Assembly (NCBI GenBank): GCA_021737325.1
Contig: JAIPED010000003.1
Span: 1 to 56,872, forward strand
Direction of reading: 5' to 3'
DNA from: Deltaproteobacteria bacterium
Lineage (GTDB): Bacteria; Desulfobacterota; Syntrophia; Syntrophales; JAIPED01
DNA: 56,872 bases
Position 1 is the stretch's first letter; each line of letters opens with the position of its first letter. The notes beneath the pieces were generated by a model. It did no database searches. It saw only the letters and a program-made list of their open reading frames with translations, and was not told the origin of the DNA. Below, one piece after another: positions 37,579 to 47,843 of the stretch. The position numbers and the translations under genes were made by a program.

Positions 37579-38001
37579 ATGAAGACCTTCAATCCCAAGG
37601 AAGTTAAGCAAGATTGGTATTTGGTTGATGCAGAAAAAAAGGTGCTCGGAAGAGTCGCGAGTGAAATTGCTTCAGTTTTACGGGGAAAAAATAAGCCCAT
37701 TTTTACTCCGCATTTGGACGCGGGTGATTTTGTAATAGTGGTGAACGCTGATAAAATCCGTCTCACGGGGAAAAAGCTTACCGATAAGATTTATTATTCC
37801 TATTCGGGGTATCCGGGTGGTTTAACCGAAATGCCCGCGGGAAAGATGTTAGGCAAATATCCTACAAGGTTGCTCCATCTTGCAGTCAGAGGAATGCTTC
37901 CCAAAAACTCGCTGGGACGCAAGATGCTTAAAAAACTGAAAATCTATGCGGGAGCAGAACATCCTCACGAAGCCCAGACTCCCAAAATGATGGAAATATA
38001 A
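37579..38001 (+). CDS. rplM: 50S ribosomal protein L13
   Basis: [36 protein letters not shown]. Confidence 0.98.
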   Translation: MKTFNPKEVKQDWYLVDAEKKVLGRVASEIASVLRGKNKPIFTPHLDAGDFVIVVNADKIRLTGKKLTDKIYYSYSGYPGGLTEMPAGKMLGKYPTRLLHLAVRGMLPKNSLGRKMLKKLKIYAGAEHPHEAQTPKMMEI

Positions 38002-38019
38002 CGCTGGAGAAAACGGATA

Positions 38020-38418
38020 ATGACAAAACGGGTAGCCAGATACTACGGTACGGGGAAAAGAAAAACATCCATAGCGCGGGTTTATATGAAGGCCGGTAGC
38101 GGTGTCGTTATTGTTAATAAAAAAAGCTTTGACGATTATTTTTGCCGTGAAACTTTAAAAACGCTGGCGGTACAACCGCTGGAATTGACCTCCAACCGGA
38201 CAAATTTTGATATCTATGCCAATATTACTGGCGGTGGAATGTCGGGACAGGCTGGTGCCATGCGGCATGGAATTGCCAGGGCGTTGTTAGAAATGAACGC
38301 GGATTTGCGGGCGCCGCTCCGCAAGGCGGGGTTTTTGACCAGAGATTCGCGGATTAAAGAAAGAAAGAAGTACGGTCAGCCTGGAGCAAGAAAGCGCTTC
38401 CAGTTCTCCAAGAGATAA
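38020..38418 (+). CDS. rpsI: 30S ribosomal protein S9
   Basis: [29 protein letters not shown]. Confidence 0.98.
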   Translation: MTKRVARYYGTGKRKTSIARVYMKAGSGVVIVNKKSFDDYFCRETLKTLAVQPLELTSNRTNFDIYANITGGGMSGQAGAMRHGIARALLEMNADLRAPLRKAGFLTRDSRIKERKKYGQPGARKRFQFSKR

Positions 38419-38614
38419 TTTTACTCCTAACACCAACTTTCTGTTACAGAAGTTTTGCTGAGTGATTATAAAAGCTGGGTGCACCCGTCATGAAATGGAT
38501 GGTTCATTAATTTCCTCAAGGGTTCATTCCTATTTCTTAGCAAGAATAGATACTGCTCTTTTGGGATTTACTGTAAGAGTTGCGCAAAAAAAGTAACGCA
38601 AGATTTTTGGCTTT

Positions 38615-38690
38615 GTCCCTATCGTCTAGAGGCCTAGGACACCGGCCTTTCACGCCGGCAGCCGGGGTTCGAATCCCCGTAGGGACGCCA
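38615..38690 (+). tRNA. tRNA-Glu(UUC)
   Basis: GTCCCTA/TAGGGAC acceptor stem, CCGGC-CTTTCAC-GCCGG, encoded CCA. Confidence 0.97.
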
Positions 38691-38943
38691 TCTTTCCCGC
38701 CTCTCCGCTCACAACGGTTAAAAGTTAGCTTTGCCCTCTCGGCTTTAATGTTTCTGGACGCTATCAAAACCTATCTGAAGAATAATGGAAGAGTTGGCTA
38801 TTTCCCCACCTTAAAAACCTTTGTACAACTAGCTCGTTAACCCGCAATAAAAAAACCCCTGCTGAAGAAAATAACTGACACATTTTAAACACCGCTGGGC
38901 CTGCTGAAGACGGATAGGCGAACCTCCCCAGGTGGATATATTG

Positions 38944-39117
38944 AAGACTCTTGCACAACTGTACCTCTTTGCTTCCGACCGTCATTCCCGCACCCGTTTT
39001 CACGAGTGCAGGCTTCAGCGGGAATCCAGAGGTGTTTGAAATATTTTGATTATTTTAACCAGAAGACAAGCTCCTTCTTTCGTTACTGCTTGGAGGAATA
39101 GGTTGTGCGGTGGTCTT
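38944..39117 (+). mobile_element. MITE-like element, copy 3, apparently nested inside another element (38814-39152)
   Basis: AAGACTCTTGCACAAC...GTTGTGCGGTGGTCTT, flanked by the direct repeat GGTGGATATATTG (38931-38943 and 39120-39132). Outer ends AAAACCTTTGTACAAC and GTTGTGCAAGGGTCTT. Confidence 0.7.
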
Positions 39118-39196
39118 TGGGTGGATATATTGTGCGGTTGTGCAAGGGTCTTTTGAGTTTCTCTTGGCTGCTGTTTCGTTGCCCCACGGGTTGCGC

Positions 39197-39236
39197 AAAA
39201 AAAGCGGGGATGGGTGTGCAACCCATCCCCGCTTTA
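39197..39236 (-). terminator. Intrinsic terminator after glnA
   Basis: GCGGGGATGGGT-loop-ACCCATCCCCGC, with an A run on + (U run on the minus strand). Confidence 0.85.
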
Positions 39237-39253
39237 AGAATTGTAACAGAAAC

Positions 39254-40585
39254 TTATAGCATTGGCAGGTAGCGATCTAACTCGTACTGGCTGATGTGCG
39301 TACGATATAAATCCCACTCAATGCGTTTATTTTCTACAAACTTATCAAAAATATGCTCGCCCAGCGTTTCTTTTACCAAAGAGCTTTTCGATAGTAGCTC
39401 TGTTGCCTCGAAAAGCGAACCCGGCAAAGAAATGATGCCTGCCGCTTGCCGTGACTTAGCATCCATCTCAAAGATGTCTTCTTCAAAAGGAGCTGGCAGT
39501 GGCAACTTTCCTTCAATGCCTTTTAATCCCGCCGCCAACATTAGGGCAAAAGCAAGATAGGGGTTACAGGCAGGATCGGGGGAACGGAACTCAATGCGGG
39601 TTGCCTTTTCTTTTCCCGGTTTGTACATGGGAACGCGAATCATTGTGGAACGGTTTCGCCTTGCCCAGGCAACATAAACGGGGGCTTCATAGCCGGGCAC
39701 CAAGCGCTTATATGAATTTATCCACTGGTTACAAACAGCGGTAATTTCCGGCGCGTATTTGAGTAGTCCCGCAATATAATGATTTGCAAACTGTGATAGC
39801 CCTGTTTGAGTCCCAGCATCAAAGAAGAGATTCTTGTCTCCCTTAAACAGAGATTGGTGGGTGTGCATCCCCGAGCCGTTCTGACCGAAGATGGGCTTGG
39901 GCATAAAGGTCGCATAAACACCGTTCTGACGGGCAATTTCCTTGACGCAGGTGCGGTATGTCATGACCTTATCAGCCATCGCCAACCCTTCATCATACCG
40001 AAGATCAATTTCATGCTGGGAAGGTGCGACTTCGTGGTGAGAATATTCCACGCGAATGCCGATATCTTGCAAGGCAAAGATGGTTTTGCGCCGTAAATCG
40101 GTGGCGCGGTCCACGGGAACACCATCGAAATAGCCGCCCTGATCAAGACATTCGGTGTCCCTATCGCTGGCAAAGTAGAAGAATTCCAACTCTGGCCCCG
40201 TGTAGAAAGTGTACCCTTCCTTGGCCACCTTCGCGAGCATTTTCTTCAAAACAAAGCGGGGGTCACCCTCGTAGTGCGTGCCATCAGGGTTAAGAATATC
40301 GCAAAACATCCTCGCCACTGGTTTGTCGGAGGGCCTCCACGGTATGAGGGCAAAGGTTGTAGGATCGGGCATGGCAATCATATCCGACTCTTCTATGCGG
40401 CAAAATCCTTGAATGGATGATCCATCGAAACCCATTCCTTCTTCCATGCCCTCCTCCAACTCTGAGGGGGTTACGGAAAAGGTCTTCAGCGCACCTAAAA
40501 CATCGGTGAACCAAAACTGGATAAAGCTTACATTGTGTTCTTTAACCGCGGCTAAAACATCCTTTTTTGTCTTACAGGTAATCAT
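39254..40585 (-). CDS. glnA: Glutamine synthetase type I
   Basis: FDGSSI.GF..IEESDM, HHEVAPSQHEI, FMPKP, GSGMH, YKRLVPGYEAP, RIEFRSPD. Confidence 0.97.
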   Translation of the reverse strand: MITCKTKKDVLAAVKEHNVSFIQFWFTDVLGALKTFSVTPSELEEGMEEGMGFDGSSIQGFCRIEESDMIAMPDPTTFALIPWRPSDKPVARMFCDILNPDGTHYEGDPRFVLKKMLAKVAKEGYTFYTGPELEFFYFASDRDTECLDQGGYFDGVPVDRATDLRRKTIFALQDIGIRVEYSHHEVAPSQHEIDLRYDEGLAMADKVMTYRTCVKEIARQNGVYATFMPKPIFGQNGSGMHTHQSLFKGDKNLFFDAGTQTGLSQFANHYIAGLLKYAPEITAVCNQWINSYKRLVPGYEAPVYVAWARRNRSTMIRVPMYKPGKEKATRIEFRSPDPACNPYLAFALMLAAGLKGIEGKLPLPAPFEEDIFEMDAKSRQAAGIISLPGSLFEATELLSKSSLVKETLGEHIFDKFVENKRIEWDLYRTHISQYELDRYLPML

Positions 40586-40614
40586 CTCTTCTTCCTTTCT
40601 TTTGTGTTTATTCT

Positions 40615-42936
40615 TTATAAAATATTAGCATTTTCTTCCAACTGCCAAATCCCGCAGGGGCAGGCAGAGGCACAAAACCCGCACCCAATACAAGCATTCT
40701 CGTTTACCTTATAGGTAAAATCATCATCTGGTGTTTCCTCTCTGGTAATTGCTCCTTGTGGACAGATGGCCACACAAACACCACAATCACGGCACATCCC
40801 ACAAGAAAAACAAGCGCAAGCGTTGCCATTCATATCTCCCATGCCGCTATCGCCAGGGGGATAGTACTCCATCCTGATCCGCTCCTTGTTCACCGGTTGA
40901 AGCTTTTTCGTTATTGTTCCTCGTACTTCGCTATCAATAGCCTGCACAGCAACCCTGCCCGCGCCAATAGCCTCAGTTAAGAGCCCTAGGCGAACAGCAT
41001 CGCCAATGGCAAAAACTTGGTTGAGAGAGGTGCGAAAATTCTCATCAACAGCGATAAAACCACGGTTTGTCTTTATTTCTGCAGGAAGAAAGCCCAACTC
41101 TGGGGTATCGCCAATGGCAAAGATAACCGTATCTGCAGGGAGAAAGGATCCATCCGTACATTCCACTCCCCGATCGCTAATTTTTTTGCTGATCCTCGGC
41201 CACAGAAAATTCGCACCAATGGCTTCCGCGTACTTTCTTTCAATACCAAAAGAAGAAGGCTCTTGAATGTCAATGAGGGTTATTTCTTTGGCGCCCAAGC
41301 GATGCGCTTCGCTGGCGACATCACAACCGACATTTCCCGCGCCGATAATAACCACCTTATCGCCAACGCCCGTCTCGTTACGCTTACTTTGGCGGAGAAA
41401 ATTGTTCGCGTTAAGCGCCTTTTCCGCCCCTTCCACCGCCAGAATACGAGGTTTCTGCGCTCCGACGGCGATGATGATGAAATCGTTTTTCTCACACAGA
41501 CGGGCAAAGCAATTCTGATCAAGCGTCATGCGAACCACCTTTATTCGCTCTTTAACCCTGGCCAGCTCAGCGTGGATAACTTCTTCAGGGATACGGCTCT
41601 GGGGAATTGTGGCGCTTACCTTACCCCCCAATTCTTCCCTTTCTTCATAGATGGTAGCGTTATAACCCGCCAGATAGAGTTGCCATGCTGCGGACATTCC
41701 TGCAACGCCGCCGCCAAGAACAGCGACATTTCTTCCCGTGGGAGGAGCTGGTTGTGGAGCTATTGCAGATATGGATGCTTTTCCTAGAAGCCGCACATCA
41801 ACCGCAGCAAGGCTTGCCATCGTTCGAGTGCAGGAGCTCATGCACAGATTGGGGCAGAGGTAGCCACAAACAGTTGCAGGTAGTGGCGAATAACACAAAG
41901 CTAAATCAATCGCCTTATCCATCATTCCACGACGCACCAAACTCCAGCGTTTTTGTACGGGTATGCCCGTCGGGCAAGCATTCTGGCAAGGCGCCAGCTT
42001 TTCTTCATTCTTCCAAAGAGGAAGATAACGACGCAAATCCCCCGTCGGCAGCAATGTAATTTGTGAACGGTCAACCTTGATGGTGGATAAGCCACCCAGA
42101 ACTCCCCCTTCGCCTAACTCCTTGTTCCAGACATCACTAGCAAAGGCTTTTACGGAGCGGCGGTTTGCAGCAAGTTTTTCAAAGGGTTTTCTTGCTCGTA
42201 ACACCTGCCAGTCGCTACGAATGGTGAGAGTTGCTAAAAGGTCGGGCTTTCTTATGGCATTTAAAAATTCCACGAGCTCTTGAGAGAGCCATTTCCAATC
42301 GTCATCACCAACTGTAGTAAGTATAGCGTCGTTGGTACTATAGCCACGGTGATTACCACGGAAGAAAACTTTTCCCCCAACCATCCCAACGCAAGGACGG
42401 TAGCCCAACACATTTTCGTAAGCGCTTGCATACCCACAGATAACCGCTCTTCCACCCGCCATAAATTCGGCAAAGAAGTCGCCAACTCCGCCTAGCACCC
42501 AAACCTCTGGCTCTGTAAAGCGAGGGTTATGCTTGGTCATTGTCATTGCCCGCGCACCCACATCGCCCGCGATATAAATTTTTCCCTGCCCCATGGCGTT
42601 AGCAACCCCGTTAGTCGCATGACCATGAATAATTATTTTAGCCCCCACATTGAGCCAGCCCACATCGTCGGAAGCGGGACCTTCCACTTCGATGGTTGTG
42701 TTGGAAAAACCCATGCTACCAACCCTTTGGCCTACCGAACCATTTACTCTAAGATAGACGGGTTCTTCCCCCGCCGCCCATAGCCTGCCACCTATCCCCT
42801 GTTGCCCAGAAGCCACTATTTCCAGCTTCCTCGCACCATCCCGCACGGCTTTTTGTATCTTTTCTTCCAGCCGCCTCGGATCCAGGCGTTTGCCATTTTC
42901 ATTTCCATCTATTCGCATATAATCGTTGTTATTCAT
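40615..42936 (-). CDS. Glutamate synthase-related subunit: GXGXG domain + GltD-like FAD/NAD(P) oxidoreductase + 2x4Fe-4S
   Basis: GXGXG repeats, APCQNACP, GGGVAG, GAGNVG, FAIGDA, and C-terminal CxxCxxCxxxCP twice. Confidence 0.85.
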   Translation of the reverse strand: MNNNDYMRIDGNENGKRLDPRRLEEKIQKAVRDGARKLEIVASGQQGIGGRLWAAGEEPVYLRVNGSVGQRVGSMGFSNTTIEVEGPASDDVGWLNVGAKIIIHGHATNGVANAMGQGKIYIAGDVGARAMTMTKHNPRFTEPEVWVLGGVGDFFAEFMAGGRAVICGYASAYENVLGYRPCVGMVGGKVFFRGNHRGYSTNDAILTTVGDDDWKWLSQELVEFLNAIRKPDLLATLTIRSDWQVLRARKPFEKLAANRRSVKAFASDVWNKELGEGGVLGGLSTIKVDRSQITLLPTGDLRRYLPLWKNEEKLAPCQNACPTGIPVQKRWSLVRRGMMDKAIDLALCYSPLPATVCGYLCPNLCMSSCTRTMASLAAVDVRLLGKASISAIAPQPAPPTGRNVAVLGGGVAGMSAAWQLYLAGYNATIYEEREELGGKVSATIPQSRIPEEVIHAELARVKERIKVVRMTLDQNCFARLCEKNDFIIIAVGAQKPRILAVEGAEKALNANNFLRQSKRNETGVGDKVVIIGAGNVGCDVASEAHRLGAKEITLIDIQEPSSFGIERKYAEAIGANFLWPRISKKISDRGVECTDGSFLPADTVIFAIGDTPELGFLPAEIKTNRGFIAVDENFRTSLNQVFAIGDAVRLGLLTEAIGAGRVAVQAIDSEVRGTITKKLQPVNKERIRMEYYPPGDSGMGDMNGNACACFSCGMCRDCGVCVAICPQGAITREETPDDDFTYKVNENACIGCGFCASACPCGIWQLEENANIL

Positions 42937-42939
42937 TCG

Positions 42940-44574
42940 CTACACCACATAAGATATTGATAGCCGTCGCGCCGCCGCCTCATCGCTAATGCCCAAAGCA
43001 TCCGACATTCCTATCGGTAAAGAGGTTGAACGACCCAATGGGGCAATGATTTTTTTAAGCTCCTGGTCGAAGCTTAAAAAGATATCAACCACCCTCTGGG
43101 CAACATCGTCAGGATTAAGCCTGCGATAAAGGCGGGGGTCCTGTGAGGTTATCCCCTTGGGACAGATGCCGAGATTACAGACATTGCAACGGTCTGTTTC
43201 CGAACCCACACAACCTGCCGCGGCCTGCATGATATATTTACCGATTTGTATGCCACTGGCTCCCAGCATTATTAGTGCCAGAGCGTTTGCGGCAAGATTG
43301 CCATTTTTGCCAACTCCGCCACCCGCGAATAAAGGCAACTCGTTTTGCTTCCCCATCTTTACCAGATTGAGATAGGCATCGCGGATATTGCTGGCAATGG
43401 GATGCCCCATGGAATCCATGGAAACATTATAGGCAGCACCAGTGCCGCCATCCTCACCATCAATGGCAAGCCCCCCCGCGTAGGGATTACGGACGAGGTT
43501 ATTAAGAACCGCCAATGTCGTTGTGGAACCCGATATCTTCGGATACACGGGAACGCGAAAATCCCAAGCCATGGACATTGACTGAATCATCTTTGCCACC
43601 GCCTCTTCAATAGAATACTTGGTTTGGTGGGTGGGTGGACTTGGCAGGCTAATGCCCATCGGAACACCACGAATTGCGGCGATCATCTGGTTCACCTTGT
43701 GCCACATTAACAGACCACCATCGCCAGGTTTTGCTCCTTGCCCATACTTTATTTCAATGGCGCAGGGGTCCTCTTTTATTTCGGGAAGGGCGCGGAGAAT
43801 CTCATCCCAACCAAAATAGCCGCTGGCGATTTGCAGAATGAGATAGCGAAGAAAGCGCGAACGAAGTAACTTCGGGGGGCAACCGCCCTCACCAGAACAA
43901 ATGACAACGGGCATTTTCATTTCTTCATTCAAATACGCCACTCCCATTTGCAGTCCTTCCCACATGTTAGGCGAAAGAGCTCCCAGGGACATTGAACCGA
44001 TCATGAGGGGGTATATCTCACGCACGGGGGGAAGGTAGCCTCCCTCACGGGTGATTTTCATCATGTCCTCCGCTGGTATAAGTCTGCCTAGGAGGGTGCG
44101 GACTTCAAATTCATGCCTCCCCGCGTCTAAAGCGGGATCAGTAAGCATGGATATTCGGGTAAACTTGATGGCATCTAAAAGAGAGGCTGGGTTATTGCGT
44201 CGCCCACCCCTTCGTCGCGGATTCCCTCCCTCATTGATATGGAAACGGGCTTTATCCATCTCTTCGTTGCGGACAACCAATATCGCTCGGTTAGGACAAA
44301 CTAACTCACACATCCCACAGCCCACACAGAGATGTGATAAATCCGTCTTTTGCCGAATACCATGGAAGATGCCATAAACATTGCTGGGCGTTTCTGTAAT
44401 GCCCAACGCGATGTTAACAACCCGCTTCCGTTGCACCCCCAAATCTAACGCTTGCACCGGGCACACGGCGGTGCAACGACCGCATAGCCGACACTTCTCC
44501 TTATCCCACAGGATGCGCCAGAGAAGATCTTTAGGGCTTAGTTTTGAAGGGTTAATGCTTCCCACTGACTCCAT
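42940..44574 (-). CDS. Glutamate synthase FMN-binding subunit with N-terminal ferredoxin
   Basis: CRLCGRCTAVCP, CVGCGMCELVCP, MSLGALS, SGEGG, QIASGYFG, EIKYGQGAKPGDGG. Confidence 0.88.
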   Translation of the reverse strand: MESVGSINPSKLSPKDLLWRILWDKEKCRLCGRCTAVCPVQALDLGVQRKRVVNIALGITETPSNVYGIFHGIRQKTDLSHLCVGCGMCELVCPNRAILVVRNEEMDKARFHINEGGNPRRRGGRRNNPASLLDAIKFTRISMLTDPALDAGRHEFEVRTLLGRLIPAEDMMKITREGGYLPPVREIYPLMIGSMSLGALSPNMWEGLQMGVAYLNEEMKMPVVICSGEGGCPPKLLRSRFLRYLILQIASGYFGWDEILRALPEIKEDPCAIEIKYGQGAKPGDGGLLMWHKVNQMIAAIRGVPMGISLPSPPTHQTKYSIEEAVAKMIQSMSMAWDFRVPVYPKISGSTTTLAVLNNLVRNPYAGGLAIDGEDGGTGAAYNVSMDSMGHPIASNIRDAYLNLVKMGKQNELPLFAGGGVGKNGNLAANALALIMLGASGIQIGKYIMQAAAGCVGSETDRCNVCNLGICPKGITSQDPRLYRRLNPDDVAQRVVDIFLSFDQELKKIIAPLGRSTSLPIGMSDALGISDEAAARRLSISYVV

Positions 44575-45668
44575 TTTTCCACCTTTTCGCGTTGCGCAGA
44601 AACGCAAACCGTATCGTATTTCATCGGCTGAAAATCCAAATGCTTGTTTCTTTCGGGAACAACAACATCTAAACCACATTCCTCAGATGAAAAGACAAAC
44701 TTTCCTACCCGACCGCCAACAACCCCAGGTCGTAATTTTTTGCTATCCTGCACCATGAACATTGTTTTATCGGGCAGACAACCAATAATACAGTTAGGAC
44801 CATCAATCACCAAAGGACGACAGGAATGCTTGATCAGTTTCAAAATTTCTCTGTTGGGATGACTTTCCAGCTCGTTATCCATGAGTGGTGTAATTATATG
44901 TTTATAAAAAGGCAAGCCCAAGCATAACTGATTTTGCGCATAGTGGAGAATATGGGTAAAAACCTCCGAATCGGATTGATAACCCGTATAGCCTAAAAAA
45001 TTTCGCGACATTAAATACTCACGGATTGGCACAAAAGCGGTATTCTCCCCGTTAGTCATTGTGGAAAACCCTTGAATGAAAAAGGGGTGACAAGCGTAGA
45101 GGTTAATGGCGTAGTTGGTGTTCTGCCTGCCTTGCGCCATGATAATGCGAGAACTGATACCCTGCGAATCTAATGACAGATAATCGTTTATTGCCAGAGG
45201 ATCTCCCGTTTCTTTTAACATCATAACATCGTACCAGAAGCTGAAAACGGTCATTGCCTCATTTGCAAGTCCTTGTTGTCTCAACTTCATTCTGGTTTCT
45301 AACAAACGAAATCCAATATTTTTCTGTGATAAATCCTCCCACTCCGTGGGAATGTTATAGGCGCGGATGAGGTAATTATCTCTTTTTGGCGTACCAACCG
45401 GCGGCTCAAAAGTTGGCCTTATCAAAACTTCATCCTCACAACGAAAACCCTTCGATATCATTAATTCATCCAGTTCTCGTAACCCGTCATCGCTAAAAAT
45501 TCCGGAAAGGGTAGGAAGGTTTTTATAGTCCTCCCATCTTCCCCCCAGGTCGGTTAGGAATAAACCTACCCCAGAACCATCGTGCCCCTCGCGCATGACA
45601 TCAAGGGCCTTAAGAGCGGTACTAGGAACAAGTGGTTCACTGCTGGTTACGGCAAATAGCCTGCACAT
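44538..45668 (-). CDS. Class II (Ntn) glutamine amidotransferase subunit of split glutamate synthase
   Basis: Start MCRLFA (Cys2 nucleophile), GHDGSG, RQNTN, ACHPF, NGE, SDSE, LRPG. Confidence 0.88.
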   Translation of the reverse strand: MCRLFAVTSSEPLVPSTALKALDVMREGHDGSGVGLFLTDLGGRWEDYKNLPTLSGIFSDDGLRELDELMISKGFRCEDEVLIRPTFEPPVGTPKRDNYLIRAYNIPTEWEDLSQKNIGFRLLETRMKLRQQGLANEAMTVFSFWYDVMMLKETGDPLAINDYLSLDSQGISSRIIMAQGRQNTNYAINLYACHPFFIQGFSTMTNGENTAFVPIREYLMSRNFLGYTGYQSDSEVFTHILHYAQNQLCLGLPFYKHIITPLMDNELESHPNREILKLIKHSCRPLVIDGPNCIIGCLPDKTMFMVQDSKKLRPGVVGGRVGKFVFSSEECGLDVVVPERNKHLDFQPMKYDTVCVSAQREKVEKWSQWEALTLQN

Positions 45669-45703
45669 AGGAGATGACTCCATTCCCTTTTTTCTTATTT
45701 AAT

Positions 45704-45720
45704 AGCAAAAATCGTGCCAA
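45704..45720 (-). promoter_or_regulatory. Sigma54 (-24/-12) promoter of the glt-glnA operon
   Basis: TTGGCACGATTTTTGCT on the minus strand is a perfect consensus. IHF-like AATCAGCGATTTA at 45745-45757. Confidence 0.9.
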
Positions 45721-45964
45721 AACCATCAGAAATAAAATGAGTAAAATCAGCGATTTAACATGTTACACCGATGATTAAAGGTACATTTTGGGGCTTTATC
45801 AGTCATCTGGTTGTGAAGAAACATCAATACGGTAGAAATCATTCATTTATTACAGCTACATGCGTGATCGACACAATTTTGTCATTTTGCTTCTCCCCGT
45901 GTTTCCCTTTGGGCGTTCATTGAACTTTTTTGTTTTGTCAGGATACAGGAGAATGCGCTCACTC

Positions 45965-46001
45965 AAGAAAAAAGGTCGCCAGCAAAACTGGCGACCTTTT
46001 G
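45965..46001 (-). terminator. Bidirectional-type intrinsic terminator after the Cache gene
   Basis: AAAAGGTCGCCAG-CAAAA-CTGGCGACCTTTT with flanking A/T runs. Confidence 0.85.
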
Positions 46002-46020
46002 GTGATGGCTAAAAAGCTAA

Positions 46021-47328
46021 CTAGTTTTCGTCCTCATCGTCTTCGGACAGTGGATTCTTCGCTTCCTCAGGAACGGAAGCATTAACAGAGCGCATGATAC
46101 CACGGGCAAGAATCGCCGCGATGCCAAAGAGGAGCAACACCGAGATAACGATAATCACTATAATCGTGCTCGCCCACGATCTGGATTCCTCGCGGATCTG
46201 CTTTGCCGCATCCGCGCCTAGAGAGTTGAACTTATCAACATCGACACCCATGCCAATCCAGCCAAATCCCTCGGGTGAGGAATAGCCGACGCAGTAGAAC
46301 TTAATCGGCGCATAGGCAACCAACTTGGTATGTCCTGCGAAACTGTATGTCCTGATGCCCGTTTTTCCGGCAGCCGCTTCAAGAGCAACCTTCTGCAATT
46401 CGGCATCAATAAATCCCATGAGGCGAAGGTTAAGAACTTCCGTTCCCTCCTTGGCTTTGATGGCTGTATTCTCCTTGGTTAGCGGTAAGACTTGCTTGCC
46501 AGCTTTATCAAGCCCCACTACATGATAATCGGCGGGGTGGGAAATAACGAAACCGCGATTATCCACCATATACGCGTAGTTTCCTGTTGAAGGATCGGCT
46601 TCAAAAACATAATCCGATTGAGTGGGAACGATCCTATCCGTCATTTGCATTAGGTGACGGGCGTCAAGTGTCATGACCAAAACACCGGCAAACCCGTTCC
46701 GATCAAAAACGGGAGATGCGATGCGATAAATGCCCGCAAAGCGTTTGCCTTTTTCAAAGGAGGTGCGATCAACATACCAACCGGTCAACGGGGAAATGTA
46801 AATCTCGCCGCGGTTGAGTTTTTTTGACTTGGCAAAATAATCTTCGGAGAGGTATTCCGTATTCCGTATGTCGGCAACATTTCTCAGCTCCTTTGCAGGG
46901 ACAACCTTGCCATTGGCAACCCTGATAACTTCCTGCCCGGCGGGGTTAATGAGCGCCATCTCTTGATAGAGCGGCAATAAAACCCGCGTTAGCTTACCAT
47001 CTCTTTTTTCCCAGATGGACCTGCTTTTCTTCTCCAGAAAGTTTTTGTAAACACTACCATCTGTAGGCAGTATCGTGGCTACCATTAAATCATCCTGCCT
47101 CTCGGTTAGGAAACTTGCCACCTCATCCGCCAGCGCAATGGCACGAACCTTAATACTTCCTTGATACTTTTGGTCCATCACAACGACAGCACTTTGCTCT
47201 GCAACATCTCCCACTTTGAGAATGCTGGTCGCAAGCAAGACAGAAACTAAGGCGAGGGGAATGACGATAAGCAGGAAAAAGATTCTTCCCACAGTGAATA
47301 ACTGTTTCTCTCTTTTGGACGCTGTCAT
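46021..47328 (-). CDS. Membrane-anchored Cache-domain protein without cytoplasmic output domain
   Basis: Two TM helices flank an extracytoplasmic region with EDYF, IYIS, IASPVF, GVLVMTLD, YAYMVD..GFVISHP, AYAPI. Short acidic tail. Confidence 0.75.
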   Translation of the reverse strand: MTASKREKQLFTVGRIFFLLIVIPLALVSVLLATSILKVGDVAEQSAVVVMDQKYQGSIKVRAIALADEVASFLTERQDDLMVATILPTDGSVYKNFLEKKSRSIWEKRDGKLTRVLLPLYQEMALINPAGQEVIRVANGKVVPAKELRNVADIRNTEYLSEDYFAKSKKLNRGEIYISPLTGWYVDRTSFEKGKRFAGIYRIASPVFDRNGFAGVLVMTLDARHLMQMTDRIVPTQSDYVFEADPSTGNYAYMVDNRGFVISHPADYHVVGLDKAGKQVLPLTKENTAIKAKEGTEVLNLRLMGFIDAELQKVALEAAAGKTGIRTYSFAGHTKLVAYAPIKFYCVGYSSPEGFGWIGMGVDVDKFNSLGADAAKQIREESRSWASTIIVIIVISVLLLFGIAAILARGIMRSVNASVPEEAKNPLSEDDEDEN

Positions 47329-47368
47329 TTCTCTATCCCCCTAGAATGTAGTTTTTGTTAAGTTTAGC

Positions 47369-47743
47369 TTATCCCAAAAAATACACCTTGAAGGGGTTTG
47401 CGAATAATAGAACGAGAGAAACGACGAGCGCGTAGATGGCAATTGACTCTGCCATTGCCATACCAATAAGCATTGTCATCATGATCTTTCCCTGTGCACC
47501 AGGATTTCTTCCGACTGCCTGACAGGCACCGCCTGCGGCAATACCAATACCGGCGCCCGCGCCGATTGCCCCACATCCGATCGCGATGCCTGAAGCGACC
47601 ATCGCTCCTAAAGCAAAGAGAACATTGGAAGAAGAATCACCAGAGGGGATAACCTCTGTAGCGAAACCCGCAGAAGAAGTTGCAATTAACACACTGATAG
47701 TCACAAACAAAAACAGGAGCTTCTTTCCATGAATCGTTAGCAT
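47369..47743 (-). CDS. atpE: ATP synthase F0 subunit c, with N-terminal signal-like extension; orphan
   Basis: GxGxGxG helix, [39 protein letters not shown]. Confidence 0.9.
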   Translation of the reverse strand: MLTIHGKKLLFLFVTISVLIATSSAGFATEVIPSGDSSSNVLFALGAMVASGIAIGCGAIGAGAGIGIAAGGACQAVGRNPGAQGKIMMTMLIGMAMAESIAIYALVVSLVLLFANPFKVYFLG

Positions 47744-47826
47744 TGTACTTTTTCTCCTTTCATCTTGGTAAAACATTTTATTCCTCTCTGGTTAATAACC
47801 GCTTGAGGTTTTCGGTATATTCCTAA

Positions 47827-47843
47827 AGCAACAATTGTGCCAC
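47827..47843 (-). promoter_or_regulatory. Sigma54 promoter upstream of orphan atpE
   Basis: GTGGCACAATTGTTGCT on the minus strand (TGGCAC-N5-TTGC). Confidence 0.8.
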
